Counted from the first letter of the stretch, positions 25,260 to 38,039 are shown. The stretch is 43,782 nt of DNA from Candidatus Bipolaricaulia bacterium (GCA_046758705.1 JBHIAT010000008.1:1-43782); one strand, 5' to 3'. Program-made: numbers and translations. The notes: a model not told the origin generated them from the sequence alone.

Positions 25260-25489
25260 CTCGCCGGTGGGGAAACCGCAAGGTATAGCGGCATAGGTGC
25301 ATGCTTTGTAGATGCTGGAGGCGACATAGCGGCCGCCGCCGAAGCAAACTTGCTGGCAGAGGGAGGGCCCCAGTTCACGATGAATCCGCCCTCGGAGGAG
25401 GGCCTCGAGCGTAAGCGTCAGTTCGAGCGTGAGCGTCTGGTCAGATGGTTCGGCGGGTGACCTCCACCGGCTCGAGAGAATTTACTACA
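25258..25489 (+). repeat. Direct repeat copy 2 (3' fragment of the oxidoreductase gene, without the premature stop)
   Basis: Near-identical to 18542-18770; has CAG where copy 1 has TAG. Confidence 0.95.
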
Positions 25490-25494
25490 GTTGC

Positions 25495-25524
25495 TTGACT
25501 GTGTCAATTCTCATCTGTTAGAAT
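25495..25524 (+). promoter_or_regulatory. Promoter of the tRNA-tuf cluster
   Basis: TTGACT (25495-25500), 18 bp spacer, TGnTAGAAT (-10 at 25519-25524). Confidence 0.65.
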
Positions 25525-25540
25525 AATTGGTAGTTCCGGT

Positions 25541-25617
25541 GCCGGCGTAGCTCAATCAGGCAGAGCATTCGCTTTGTAAGCGAGGGGTTGTCGGTTCGAT
25601 TCCGGCCGCCGGCTCCA
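25541..25617 (+). tRNA. tRNA-Thr(TGT)
   Basis: GCCGGCG/CGCCGGC acceptor stem, anticodon loop TT-TGT-AA, GGTTCGATTCC T arm, encoded CCA. Confidence 0.96.
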
Positions 25618-25629
25618 AGGAGAAGGTCT

Positions 25630-25715
25630 GGAGGGGTACCAAAGCGGCCAAATGGAGCAGACTGTAAATCTGTTGGCAGTTGCCTTCGGGGGTTCAAATC
25701 CCTCCCCCTCCACCA
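25630..25715 (+). tRNA. tRNA-Tyr(GTA)
   Basis: GGAGGGG/CCCCTCC acceptor stem, anticodon loop CT-GTA-AA, long variable arm, encoded CCA. Confidence 0.96.
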
Positions 25716-25788
25716 AGGACAGTTAAAAAGTTAAAAGTTTCAAAAGGGATGGAGCAACCCGTTTACCGAAGGTTGGGCGAGGATGAGC

Positions 25789-25817
25789 TTGAACTTCTCG
25801 GTCGAAACCTCTATAAT
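25789..25817 (+). promoter_or_regulatory. Internal promoter upstream of tRNA-Thr(GGT)-tuf
   Basis: TTGAAC (25789-25794), 17 bp spacer, TATAAT (25812-25817). Confidence 0.65.
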
Positions 25818-25846
25818 ATAGCTTTGATAACTTGCTAACTGATTTC

Positions 25847-25919
25847 GCCCGTGTAGTTCAGTCGGTAGAACATCCCGCTGGTAATGGGAAGGTCGCCGGT
25901 TCGATTCCGGCCGCGGGCT
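25847..25919 (+). tRNA. tRNA-Thr(GGT), CCA not encoded
   Basis: GCCCGTG/CGCGGGC acceptor stem, anticodon loop CT-GGT-AA, GGTTCGATTCC T arm; followed by CCG. Confidence 0.95.
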
Positions 25920-25966
25920 CCGTTATAGTGATAGCTTAAGTAATCCTTCAAGGAGGTTTCTAGGCG

Positions 25967-27160
25967 ATGGCGAAGGAACGGTTTGTCAGGTCAAAGCCAC
26001 ACATGAACATCGGCACCATCGGGCATATCGATCACGGGAAAACGACGCTGACCTCGGCTATGACCAAAGTTCTGGCCCTCAAGGGGCTGTCTAAGGAGTG
26101 GGGCTTTTACGACATCGACAACGCTCCGGAGGAGAAGGAGCGGGGGATCACAATCGCGATCCGGCACGTGGAGTACGAGACGGAGAACCGCCACTACGCG
26201 CACATCGACTGTCCTGGACACGCTGACTACATCAAGAATATGATCACCGGGGCAGCCCAGATGGACGGTGCAATCCTGGTCGTCTCAGCGGCCGACGGCC
26301 CGATGCCCCAGACCCGGGAGCATGTGTTGTTGGCCCGACAGGTGAATGTTCCGGCGATGGTCGTCTTCCTGACCAAGGTTGATATGGTCGATGACCCCGA
26401 GTTGGTTGAGTTGGTAGAGATTGAAGTGCGGGAACTGTTGAACGAGTATGACTTCCCGGGAGATGAGATTCCAGTGATTCAGGGCTCGGCGCTGAAAGCC
26501 ATGGAAAATCCAGAAGACGAGGAAGCTGCCCAGCCGATCCTGGAGCTCCTCGAGGTGATTGACAGCTACATCCCTGAACCGGTCAGAGACGTCGACAAAC
26601 CCTTCCTGATGCCGATCGAGGACATCTTCAGCATCAAAGGACGCGGCACGGTCGTCACCGGGCGGGTCGATCGCGGCCAGATCACACCGGGGAGCGAGAT
26701 CGAAATCGTCGGACTCCATGGGAAGGCCAGGAAGACGGTGGCCACCAGCCTGGAGATGTTTAACAAGACGCTCGACGAGGCGATCGCGGGCGATAACGTC
26801 GGGATCCTGCTCCGAGGTATCGAGAAGGACGAAGTGGAACGGGGTCAGGTCCTGGCCAAGCCCGGAACGATCACCCCCCATACCAAGTTCGCGGCCGAGG
26901 TTTACGTCCTTAGCAGAGACGAAGGCGGCCGCCACACACCGTTCTTCGACGGCTACCGGCCACAGTTCTACTTTCGGACGACCGACGTCACCGGGACGGT
27001 CTACCTGGGGGACAGTGTGGAGATGGTCATGCCCGGCGACAACGTTACCATCACGGGGGAGCTGATCGAGCACATCGCCATGGAGGAGGGCCTGCGGTTC
27101 GCTATCCGGGAGGGCGGGAGGACCGTCGGGGCCGGTGTGGTGACTCAGGTCATCGAATGA
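25967..27160 (+). CDS. tuf: Elongation factor Tu
   Basis: [37 protein letters not shown] and [13 protein letters not shown]. Confidence 0.99.
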   Translation: MAKERFVRSKPHMNIGTIGHIDHGKTTLTSAMTKVLALKGLSKEWGFYDIDNAPEEKERGITIAIRHVEYETENRHYAHIDCPGHADYIKNMITGAAQMDGAILVVSAADGPMPQTREHVLLARQVNVPAMVVFLTKVDMVDDPELVELVEIEVRELLNEYDFPGDEIPVIQGSALKAMENPEDEEAAQPILELLEVIDSYIPEPVRDVDKPFLMPIEDIFSIKGRGTVVTGRVDRGQITPGSEIEIVGLHGKARKTVATSLEMFNKTLDEAIAGDNVGILLRGIEKDEVERGQVLAKPGTITPHTKFAAEVYVLSRDEGGRHTPFFDGYRPQFYFRTTDVTGTVYLGDSVEMVMPGDNVTITGELIEHIAMEEGLRFAIREGGRTVGAGVVTQVIE

Positions 27161-27229
27161 GCCCTATATAACAACAATACCGCGAAGAATAAGGACTGGG
27201 ACTAAGGATCTGAGCTTAGGGGGATCTCC

Positions 27230-27376
27230 ATGGCCGAACAGGTGACGTTGGCTTGCACTGAATGCAAACGCAGGAACTACCACACCACCAAAAATCCACA
27301 AAACGACCGAGGGAAGCTGGAGTTGCGTAAATACTGCAAGTGGTGTGGCAAGCATGTGATCCACCGAGAAGTGTAG
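27230..27376 (+). CDS. rpmG: 50S ribosomal protein L33 (zinc-binding type)
   Basis: Manual translation: [48 protein letters not shown]; canonical position after tuf. Confidence 0.96.
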   Translation: MAEQVTLACTECKRRNYHTTKNPQNDRGKLELRKYCKWCGKHVIHREV

Positions 27377-27450
27377 GCCTGTAGCTCAATTGGCAGAGCA
27401 CCGGTCTCCAAAACCGGGGGTTGGGTGTTCGAGTCACCCCAGGCCTGCCA
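27375..27450 (+). tRNA. tRNA-Trp(CCA)
   Basis: AGGCCTG/CAGGCCT acceptor stem, anticodon loop CT-CCA-AA, encoded CCA. Its first 2 nt overlap the rpmG TAG. Confidence 0.96.
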
Positions 27451-27506
27451 GATGTCGCAGGCCCAGGGGGTGATGCTCTGGGTCTGTTCTGTAGTGAATC
27501 AGGAAG

Positions 27507-27692
27507 ATGCTCAAACGGCTCAAGGGGTTTCTGCTAGAGGTCAGGAGTGAAGTCCACAAGGTCAGCTGGCCGAATCGAGCGGAGATCATCTCGCTGACGG
27601 TGTTGATCGTTGTGCTGGCTCTGATCCTGACCCTCTATATCGGCGGCTTAGATGCCCTATTTCAACAGATCATTAAGATATTGATCGGTTGA
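27507..27692 (+). CDS. secE: Preprotein translocase subunit SecE
   Basis: EVRSEVHKVSWP motif plus one TM helix; canonical synteny. Confidence 0.95.
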   Translation: MLKRLKGFLLEVRSEVHKVSWPNRAEIISLTVLIVVLALILTLYIGGLDALFQQIIKILIG

Positions 27693-27710
27693 TTCGGAGG
27701 GAATCATATT

Positions 27711-28799
27711 ATGAAGCGATGGTATGTGATCCAGACCTACGCAGGCTCCGAGTTGAAGGTGAAGGAGGAGCTGGAGAAGCGGGTCGCGGAGCTGGACCTA
27801 GAGAAACAGAAGAGGATCGAGGGATTCGCGACCGACGGGGACTGGAGCCATTTTATCGTCCCGATCGAGGAGGTTATCACCTCGCAAAGCCGTAAAGGCA
27901 GAGCCGGCCAATACCGGATCCCCTATGACTACGAGTTGAAGGTCAAGCCGAACCAGCGGATCGAACGGGGTACGCTGATCGCTGTCAAGCCGGTCAAGCG
28001 GATGGATTTCGACGCGGTCGCCCGCAACCTGGAGACGTTCCAGCGGGTCATCGTCGAGATGACCAACAAGAACGAGGAGGAATACTTGATCCCCAGGGAG
28101 AAGAAGATTCGCCGGGATATCAAGACGGGCGGCAAGATTCGCCGGGGGGTCCCGTTGACTCAGGATCAGGATGAGCGGTTCATCGTCGATACCAAAGGCA
28201 AGATCGTGCTGCGTGACCGGGCGAAGCGGATCGAGTTCGAGCGAGACGATGGCTCGGTCGAGATGATGACGGTTCCCGAAAGCTACCTGGTTCGGGTACG
28301 AAACGGGATGAAGTTCCACAAGGGAGATCTGTTAGAGGAGGAGGATCGGATCTACTCCAAGGTCTCAGGGATGGTGAAGATCAAGGAGTACAAGGAAAAG
28401 CGGTTGATCACCGTCCAGCGGATCGAGAAGCGCAGGATCTTTCCGGGGTATATCTTCTGCAAAGTGGAGATGGATGACGAGATTGCCAACCTGGTCGATG
28501 GGATACGGAGCACCTGGTTTGTGGGACGGGATCGCCCACTTCCTCTGGATGAGGAGGATATGAAGGTCGTCCAGCGCAAGGCGGGGCTTATTGAGGTCCC
28601 GACTGCGCCCGAAGGACCGAAGATCGAGGTCGACTTCGAGGTCGGCGAAGTGGTGGAGATCATCGACGGGCCGTTCGCCGACTTCACCGGCGAGATCAAA
28701 TCGATCGACAAGGATGCCGAAGAGGTCACGGTGATGGTCAAGATCTTCGGCCGGGAAACTCCGGTTACTCTGGGATTCGAGGGGATCGAGAAGATCTAG
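27711..28799 (+). CDS. nusG: Transcription factor NusG with a large internal insertion
   Basis: [18 protein letters not shown] and [19 protein letters not shown]...IFGRETPV; about 180 extra residues between them. Confidence 0.95.
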   Translation: MKRWYVIQTYAGSELKVKEELEKRVAELDLEKQKRIEGFATDGDWSHFIVPIEEVITSQSRKGRAGQYRIPYDYELKVKPNQRIERGTLIAVKPVKRMDFDAVARNLETFQRVIVEMTNKNEEEYLIPREKKIRRDIKTGGKIRRGVPLTQDQDERFIVDTKGKIVLRDRAKRIEFERDDGSVEMMTVPESYLVRVRNGMKFHKGDLLEEEDRIYSKVSGMVKIKEYKEKRLITVQRIEKRRIFPGYIFCKVEMDDEIANLVDGIRSTWFVGRDRPLPLDEEDMKVVQRKAGLIEVPTAPEGPKIEVDFEVGEVVEIIDGPFADFTGEIKSIDKDAEEVTVMVKIFGRETPVTLGFEGIEKI

Positions 28800-28815
28800 G
28801 GGTAAGGAGGGTCAA

Positions 28816-29247
28816 ATGGCCAAGCGGGTTGAGGCAAAGCTTTCGCTCCAGATCCCGGCCGGGGGAGCCAATCCCTCACCGCCGGTGGGCCCGGCGTTGG
28901 GCCAACACAAGGTCAACATCAAGGAGTTTTGCGACCGGTTCAACAAAGCGACTCAGGACGAAGAGCCCGGGATCCTGATTCCGGTGGAGATCAACGTTTA
29001 CGTCGACCGGAGCTTCGACTTTATCACCAAGAAACCGCCGGCCTCTGAGCTCATCAAGCGGGCGGCCGGGATCGAGGCAGGGTCGGGCGAACCCGCCCTG
29101 ATGAAGGTTGGCAAGATCTCTCGGGAGCAGCTGAAGCGGATCGCTGAGCGCAAACTGCCCGATCTCAACACCTACAAGTTGGACGCTGCGATGCGGATCA
29201 TCGAAGGGACGGCCCGGAGCATGGGGATCGAGGTGGTGGAATCTTGA
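28816..29247 (+). CDS. rplK: 50S ribosomal protein L11
   Basis: [14 protein letters not shown] and [12 protein letters not shown]. Confidence 0.98.
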   Translation: MAKRVEAKLSLQIPAGGANPSPPVGPALGQHKVNIKEFCDRFNKATQDEEPGILIPVEINVYVDRSFDFITKKPPASELIKRAAGIEAGSGEPALMKVGKISREQLKRIAERKLPDLNTYKLDAAMRIIEGTARSMGIEVVES

Positions 29248-29951
29248 GGCGAGGCAAGCGGTACCTGACGGTCCGGGAACGGATCGATCGTGAACGGGTC
29301 TATCCGCTGGACGACGCGCTGAACCTCGTGGTCGAGACGGCGACCGCCCGCTTCGATGAGACCGCCGAGGCCGCCTTCCGGCTCGGCGTGAACCCCTCCC
29401 AGCACATGATCCGGGGGGCGGTCAGCCTACCCCACGGGATCGGACGCCAAGTCGTCGTCCTGGCGTTTGCCAAGGGGGAGAGAATTCGGGAGGCCGAGGC
29501 GGCGGGGGCTGACTATGTCGGCGGGGAAGAGCTTGCCGAGAAGATCCAGGACGGATGGCTTGAGTTCGATCGAGTCGTCGCTACCCCTGATACGATGGAG
29601 TTCGTCGGCCGATTAGGGCCGATCTTGGGACCTCGGGGAATGATGCCGAACCCCAAGTCGGGTACGGTCACCCAGGAGATCGGCGAGATGATCCGTGAAC
29701 TGAAGCAAGGTCGGCTCGAGTTTCGGGTGGACAGCCACAGCAATCTGCACACCCCGTTTGGCAAGGCCTCGTTCCCGATCGATGCCCTCAGGGAGAACTT
29801 CATCGCCCTGACGGTTGCCGTCCTCGAGGCGCGGCCGAATGAACTGAAGGGGAAGTACCTGCGTGGTGCTGCCGTCTCATCAACGATGGGGCCGGGAATC
29901 AAACTGGACATCGACGAAGTGCACGCCGTTGCCGCCGAACGAATGCTCTAA
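29244..29951 (+). CDS. rplA: 50S ribosomal protein L1
   Basis: [23 protein letters not shown] and [11 protein letters not shown] start overlapping the rplK stop. Confidence 0.97.
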   Translation: MRRGKRYLTVRERIDRERVYPLDDALNLVVETATARFDETAEAAFRLGVNPSQHMIRGAVSLPHGIGRQVVVLAFAKGERIREAEAAGADYVGGEELAEKIQDGWLEFDRVVATPDTMEFVGRLGPILGPRGMMPNPKSGTVTQEIGEMIRELKQGRLEFRVDSHSNLHTPFGKASFPIDALRENFIALTVAVLEARPNELKGKYLRGAAVSSTMGPGIKLDIDEVHAVAAERML

Positions 29952-29968
29952 CAGAGACGGAGACGGAG

Positions 29969-30919
29969 ATGCCAACCACTATTAAGGTGCAACAGATCGA
30001 GACGCTCGTGGAACGGTTCTCCACGGCGACCGCCCTGGTCGTCTCCGACTATCGGGGGCTGTCTGCCCAGGAGATGGTGTCGCTGCGTGAGCGGTTTACC
30101 AAGAACGAGCTGGAGTACCGGGTGGTGAAGAACACCTTGGCACGGGTCGCCGCGGAACGAGCCAAGGTGAACGACATTGCCCAGCTCGTTGAAGGTCCGA
30201 CCAGCATCTGCTTCGGGTATGATGACCCGGCGCTCCCATTCAAGATCTGCAGAGAGGTTCAACAGACGTACCCCGCCTACAAGATCCGGGGAGGATTCAT
30301 CGAAGGGGAACTGGTCACGGTCGAAGAGGTGGCCCGGATCGCTGACCTTCCCAGTCGGGAAGTGTTACTGGCCCAGGTCGCCTCAACGTTGAACGGGCCG
30401 GTCAGAAACCTGGCCGTGACCCTGAAGGGAATCATCCAAGGACTGGCGGTGGTCCTGTCCCAGGTCGTGGAGCAGAAGACCGATGGGACCGAGGTCAGTG
30501 CCAGTGAAAGTGAAAGTGAAAGTGAAGGAGGAAGCGAAACGATGAGTCACGATGAGATCCTGGAAACGATCGAGGAGATGAAGGTGCGTGAGCTGGCCGA
30601 CTTGGTGTCGTTGATCGAAGAACGATTTAACGTCTCCGCGGCCGCCGCTGCTGTCGTCCAGGCGGCCCCGACCGGAGATCAGACCACAACGGCCACAACC
30701 GAGGAGACGAGCACCATGAGCGTTGTGCTCACCAACGCCGGACAAAAGAAGATCCAGGTGATCAAGCTGATCAAGGAGATCACCGGCAAGGGTCTGAAGG
30801 AAAGCAAGGCGCTGGTCGACAGTCTGCCCCAACCGATCAGGGAAGGGGTCGAAGCGGAGGAGGTCGAGACCCTGAGGAAGCAGTTTGAGGAGCTCGGTGC
30901 CGAGGTCGAGATCCGGTGA
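29969..30919 (+). CDS. rplJ: Ribosomal protein L10 reading in frame into L7/L12 (316-aa fusion ORF)
   Basis: L10 motifs DYRGL, YRVVKNTL and LPSREVLLAQ, followed by a linker and the complete L7/L12 sequence with no in-frame stop. Confidence 0.93.
   Translation: MPTTIKVQQIETLVERFSTATALVVSDYRGLSAQEMVSLRERFTKNELEYRVVKNTLARVAAERAKVNDIAQLVEGPTSICFGYDDPALPFKICREVQQTYPAYKIRGGFIEGELVTVEEVARIADLPSREVLLAQVASTLNGPVRNLAVTLKGIIQGLAVVLSQVVEQKTDGTEVSASESESESEGGSETMSHDEILETIEEMKVRELADLVSLIEERFNVSAAAAAVVQAAPTGDQTTTATTEETSTMSVVLTNAGQKKIQVIKLIKEITGKGLKESKALVDSLPQPIREGVEAEEVETLRKQFEELGAEVEIR
30503..30526 (+). repeat. (AGTGAA)4 hexamer repeat in the L10-L12 linker
   Basis: Read directly; encodes SESESESE. Confidence 0.92.
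30542..30919 (+). CDS. rplL: 50S ribosomal protein L7/L12 from an internal start
   Basis: AAGGAGG RBS about 10 nt before ATG 30542; MSHDEILETIEEMKVRELADLV...FNVSAAAA...KKIQVIKLIKEITGKGLKESKALVD...LGAEVEIR. Confidence 0.92.
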   Translation: MSHDEILETIEEMKVRELADLVSLIEERFNVSAAAAAVVQAAPTGDQTTTATTEETSTMSVVLTNAGQKKIQVIKLIKEITGKGLKESKALVDSLPQPIREGVEAEEVETLRKQFEELGAEVEIR

Positions 30920-31013
30920 CACGGGCAGTCCACAGATTCTCTTCGTTCCGTTATCACTCGTTGTCCGTACCTATACCTATACCCAGTATCTTAATCCTAA
31001 TGAGGGGGTGTGT

Positions 31014-34766
<3,753 letters not shown>

Positions 34767-34770
34767 CCTT

Positions 34771-36306
34771 TCAGAATGCCTCGCGGATGACGTTGAGAAA
34801 CCCGCTGAGCCGAGCGAGGGCCAGATAAACCCCGACCCCGAGGGTCAGCGGCAACAGCACCAGCACCCATTCGGACGGGACGAACCCGGAGAGCCAGCGG
34901 CCGACGCCGTAGACGGTCAGACCCATCACGATCGATGCCCAAAATATCTGAACGATCCTGAACGAGATCAGCCGCACGCCGAGCCTGCGCTGAAGCAGGA
35001 GATAGAGGCCCGCCATGTTGAACAGCCCGGAGATCGCGGTCGCCAACGCCAACCCTCCCTCGCGAAGCGGCCCGATGAGCGCATAATCGAGGATGATGTT
35101 GATGATCACGGCGCCCCCCCCGATCAGGGCGGGGATCCTGGTGTCCTTGAACGCATAGAAGGCCCGGGTCAGTAGATAGACAAGGCTGTAACCGATCAGG
35201 CCGATCAGGTAATAGTTGAGCGCCAGCAGCGTCCTGGTGGTTGCCTGGGGACCGAACAGCCCGTGTTCGAACAGGAGCCGGATCGTCGGCTTCCCGATCG
35301 CATAAAGCCCGGCCGTCGCCGGAAGGATCACGAACGTGGTCAGTTCGATCCCGGTCCGCAACGTGGTGACGAACCCCGCTCGATCTTCGTTTGCCGTATG
35401 TCGGGAGAGCCGGGGAAGGATTGCATTGGAGATGGCGACGGCAAACACCCCGAGCGGGAGCTGAAACAACCGGATCGCGTACTGGAGTGCGGAGATCCCC
35501 CCGGGTTCGAGTCGGGAGGCGAGCTTGTTGTCGACCAGGATGTTGATCTGGACCACTGCCAACCCGATCATGATCGGCAGGATCATCCTGAACATTCGTC
35601 GGATTCCCTCGTGGTTCGGATTCAGGACGGATCGATAGACGAATCCGCGGCGTCTCAGGAACGGCACCTGAATCAGAAGCTGTCCCGCCCCGCCGACGAG
35701 TACCCCGACTGCCAGTCCGTAGATCGGTTTTCCGAACAACGAGCCGATGTAGAGCGCGCCGCCGATGACCCCCAAGTTGAAGAGCACCGGGGCGAACGCC
35801 GGGGCGAAGAAGTGGTCATAGCTGTTCAGGATCCCCATAAACAGAGCGGCGATGCCGACCAGTGCGATGAATGGGAACATCACTCGGGTCAGGTTGATGG
35901 TGAGCGTCATCTGTTCAGGGCGATCACGGAAACCGTCGGCGAGAAACGGGATGTAATACGGCGCCAGTAAAACCCCTGCCACCACGAGGACAGGGAAGAT
36001 GAGCAGGATCAGGTTGAACAGATTGCTGGCAAATTCGTCGGCGGCGCGCTTGCCCCGTTTGGTCAGATACTCGATGAAGATTGGCACCATGGCGGTGCTC
36101 AGTGTCCCCTCAGCGAGCAGGCGACGCAGCATATGAGGGACAAAGAACGCGATGATATAGGCATCGTAGGCGGCTCCGGCCCCGAATCGATCGGCGATGA
36201 TCACATCCCGGGCCAGGCCGAACAGGCGGCTCACCAACGTCGCACCGGCCATGACCAGCGCATGGCCGAGGAAGCCCCTGACAGCCCGCTTGCCCTTGTC
36301 ACTCAC
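34771..36306 (-). CDS. murJ: Lipid II flippase MurJ (MviN)
   Basis: TLVSRLFGLARD, LRRLLAEG, YAIRLFQLPLGVF and RAFYAFKDTRIP; multi-TM. GTG start at 36306 overlaps the upstream stop (GTGA). Confidence 0.95.
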   Translation of the reverse strand: MSDKGKRAVRGFLGHALVMAGATLVSRLFGLARDVIIADRFGAGAAYDAYIIAFFVPHMLRRLLAEGTLSTAMVPIFIEYLTKRGKRAADEFASNLFNLILLIFPVLVVAGVLLAPYYIPFLADGFRDRPEQMTLTINLTRVMFPFIALVGIAALFMGILNSYDHFFAPAFAPVLFNLGVIGGALYIGSLFGKPIYGLAVGVLVGGAGQLLIQVPFLRRRGFVYRSVLNPNHEGIRRMFRMILPIMIGLAVVQINILVDNKLASRLEPGGISALQYAIRLFQLPLGVFAVAISNAILPRLSRHTANEDRAGFVTTLRTGIELTTFVILPATAGLYAIGKPTIRLLFEHGLFGPQATTRTLLALNYYLIGLIGYSLVYLLTRAFYAFKDTRIPALIGGGAVIINIILDYALIGPLREGGLALATAISGLFNMAGLYLLLQRRLGVRLISFRIVQIFWASIVMGLTVYGVGRWLSGFVPSEWVLVLLPLTLGVGVYLALARLSGFLNVIREAF

Positions 36307-38039
36307 GACCCTGGAACCTGGGCCTGGGCTCCGGTCTCCCGGGGGATGATCGTCAGGCCCACCGCTACCCGCCTCCTCTGACCGACCTGCTTCAACCTCC
36401 CGTCCTGAGTGAAGACGAGTGAGCTCGATCCGCCGCCATCCAGGGCCATCGCATCCCTCACCCCGAGCCCCTTCAGGAACCCCGCCAGTTCCCAAAGGTC
36501 CATCCCCGAGCCGTTGAGCGGTCCGTTCTGAACCACCACCAGCAGGATGAGCTCGTCCTGATAGGTGGTGGCAATGACGCTCCTGGCAGTCTTCAGTCGG
36601 GCGAAGCCAGAATCGAAGTTCTCCCGCTTGGGATCGAGGACTAACTGGCCGTCTTGGAGCAGCCTTGGACCGGCGCTGATCGCGTTGCGGATGTTGATAT
36701 AATAGGGGTCGAGCTGGTAGGTGAGGCGAACCTTGTCGCCGAGCTTCAGCACCTGCATCGCCTCGGCTGCCTCCCCACTAGCGATCAACAGGTGGCTCAC
36801 CCCATCCGTGAACAGCACCGACGGCCGGTGCACCTCAAAGATCTGTCTCACCCGACCGAACCAGATCTTCGCGACCACCACCGGAAAGTCGAAGTTGATC
36901 TTCCTGTTGTAGTTCGGGGAGTAGAGGGTCAGCTCTCCATGATGAAGCGGGTGATTGACGTCCTCCACGGGGATCGTATAGCGATCGTTCTCCACAAACA
37001 GCGCCACCGTCGGGTTGAAGAAGATGGCCCGACCGTCCCAGTTCTCCCCCATGGCGGCCCGTCGCTCGTAGTTGGGGCTTAACAACTCACCATCTTTGAT
37101 CAGAAGCCCTACCGGAATGTTGGTCTCCAGGTCGAAGAAATTGGCGTTGATGCCGGCCACCCCGCCGCTGGAGGCGACCATCTCCTTTAACGAGTCGAGG
37201 CTCCCGATGCCGGCACCGGGCAGGGTCGGTTCGAGACGGTAGTGGGAACTGTAGTTGGCAATCTTCAGATATCTTAACTCGGTCAGTTGATTATTGAAGA
37301 TGCGATCGATCTCATGATAACTGATGTTCGCGTCCAACTGAACACTGCGCTCCAATGTCGAATCCCCATCGATGGTGACCTCGACGAACTCGCTGCTCTC
37401 CCCGGCGAACCGCCGCATCTGGACCCCGAGCGGATATCTCAGATAGAGCTTCAGAAGAATTTTATAGGGCCGTTCCCGCAACAGTTCGGCCCGCTCGATC
37501 AGCCAACTGGAGGTGGAGACCTGCTGATCAGAATATTCCCAAGGGACGTTGAACAGGGTAAGCAACAGGGTCCGTTCATCGAGCCACTTCGGCTGTATCG
37601 GAGTGAACCGGGAGAGCTCGATAATGATGCGGTTGTCCTCGATAGCGATCCCACGCAGCTGGCTGGGAGGGATCCGGATGTAGATCTGCTCCCCGCTCGG
37701 ATAGAGCTGAATTCCCAAAAGCTCAGCGAGGGTTTCCAGCGGCAGATAGGTACGATTATCATGAAGGGTCAGCGTCTCCACGGGCAGGTCGATGCGCCGC
37801 GGTCCATTCTCGAGCGTCACCACCCCTTCCGCATACCGAACCTCGGCCCCCAGGTACATTGCGGTCGCCCGCAACGGAACCAACACCCGGCCGTCGGCAA
37901 CGGTCAGGGGAGTGATGTCGATCCTGCGCCCGTTGACGAAGATCTGCGCGGCGGTGGGAGAGGGTAGGGCCGTCAGATAAGGATAAAGAATGAAAAATAT
38001 CGTGGCGAGAACCCAGCAAGCGTATCTGATCCGTATCAT
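36303..38039 (-). CDS. Exported phosphodiester glycosidase (NAGPA-like) family protein with an N-terminal copper-amine-oxidase-type stalk domain
   Basis: Signal peptide; GRVLVPLR stalk repeats; AGINANFF, AISAGPRLL and DAMALDGGGSS. Confidence 0.85.
   Translation of the reverse strand: MIRIRYACWVLATIFFILYPYLTALPSPTAAQIFVNGRRIDITPLTVADGRVLVPLRATAMYLGAEVRYAEGVVTLENGPRRIDLPVETLTLHDNRTYLPLETLAELLGIQLYPSGEQIYIRIPPSQLRGIAIEDNRIIIELSRFTPIQPKWLDERTLLLTLFNVPWEYSDQQVSTSSWLIERAELLRERPYKILLKLYLRYPLGVQMRRFAGESSEFVEVTIDGDSTLERSVQLDANISYHEIDRIFNNQLTELRYLKIANYSSHYRLEPTLPGAGIGSLDSLKEMVASSGGVAGINANFFDLETNIPVGLLIKDGELLSPNYERRAAMGENWDGRAIFFNPTVALFVENDRYTIPVEDVNHPLHHGELTLYSPNYNRKINFDFPVVVAKIWFGRVRQIFEVHRPSVLFTDGVSHLLIASGEAAEAMQVLKLGDKVRLTYQLDPYYINIRNAISAGPRLLQDGQLVLDPKRENFDSGFARLKTARSVIATTYQDELILLVVVQNGPLNGSGMDLWELAGFLKGLGVRDAMALDGGGSSSLVFTQDGRLKQVGQRRRVAVGLTIIPRETGAQAQVPGS

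Larger units (their letters stand above)
14087..25260 (+). mobile_element. Integron gene-cassette array without an integrase in the window (CALIN-like)
   Basis: Co-oriented unrelated ORFs separated by attC-like RYYYAAC...GTTRRRY hairpins; cassette starts are complementary to their own R'' boxes; visibly lower GC than the flanks; no tyrosine recombinase ORF. Confidence 0.9.

Noticed and set aside
14087-25260. Prophage, CRISPR array or tRNA-targeted genomic island interpretation of the accessory block
   Set aside because: There are no phage or cas genes, no identical regularly spaced repeats and no duplicated tRNA 3' end. The repeats are variable attC-type hairpins.
27900-28420. Intein in nusG, or in the rpoB insertion at 31986-32411
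   Set aside because: Neither insert has a C/S start, a block B TxxH motif or a terminal HN followed by C/S/T.
30885-31013. Extended N-terminus of rpoB in the ORF track
   Set aside because: It overlaps rplL and a repeat-containing spacer; RBS and homology start at ATG 31014.
36307-36495. Extended N-terminus of murJ
   Set aside because: It overlaps the upstream gene; the GTGA-coupled start at 36306 gives a normal 511-aa MurJ.
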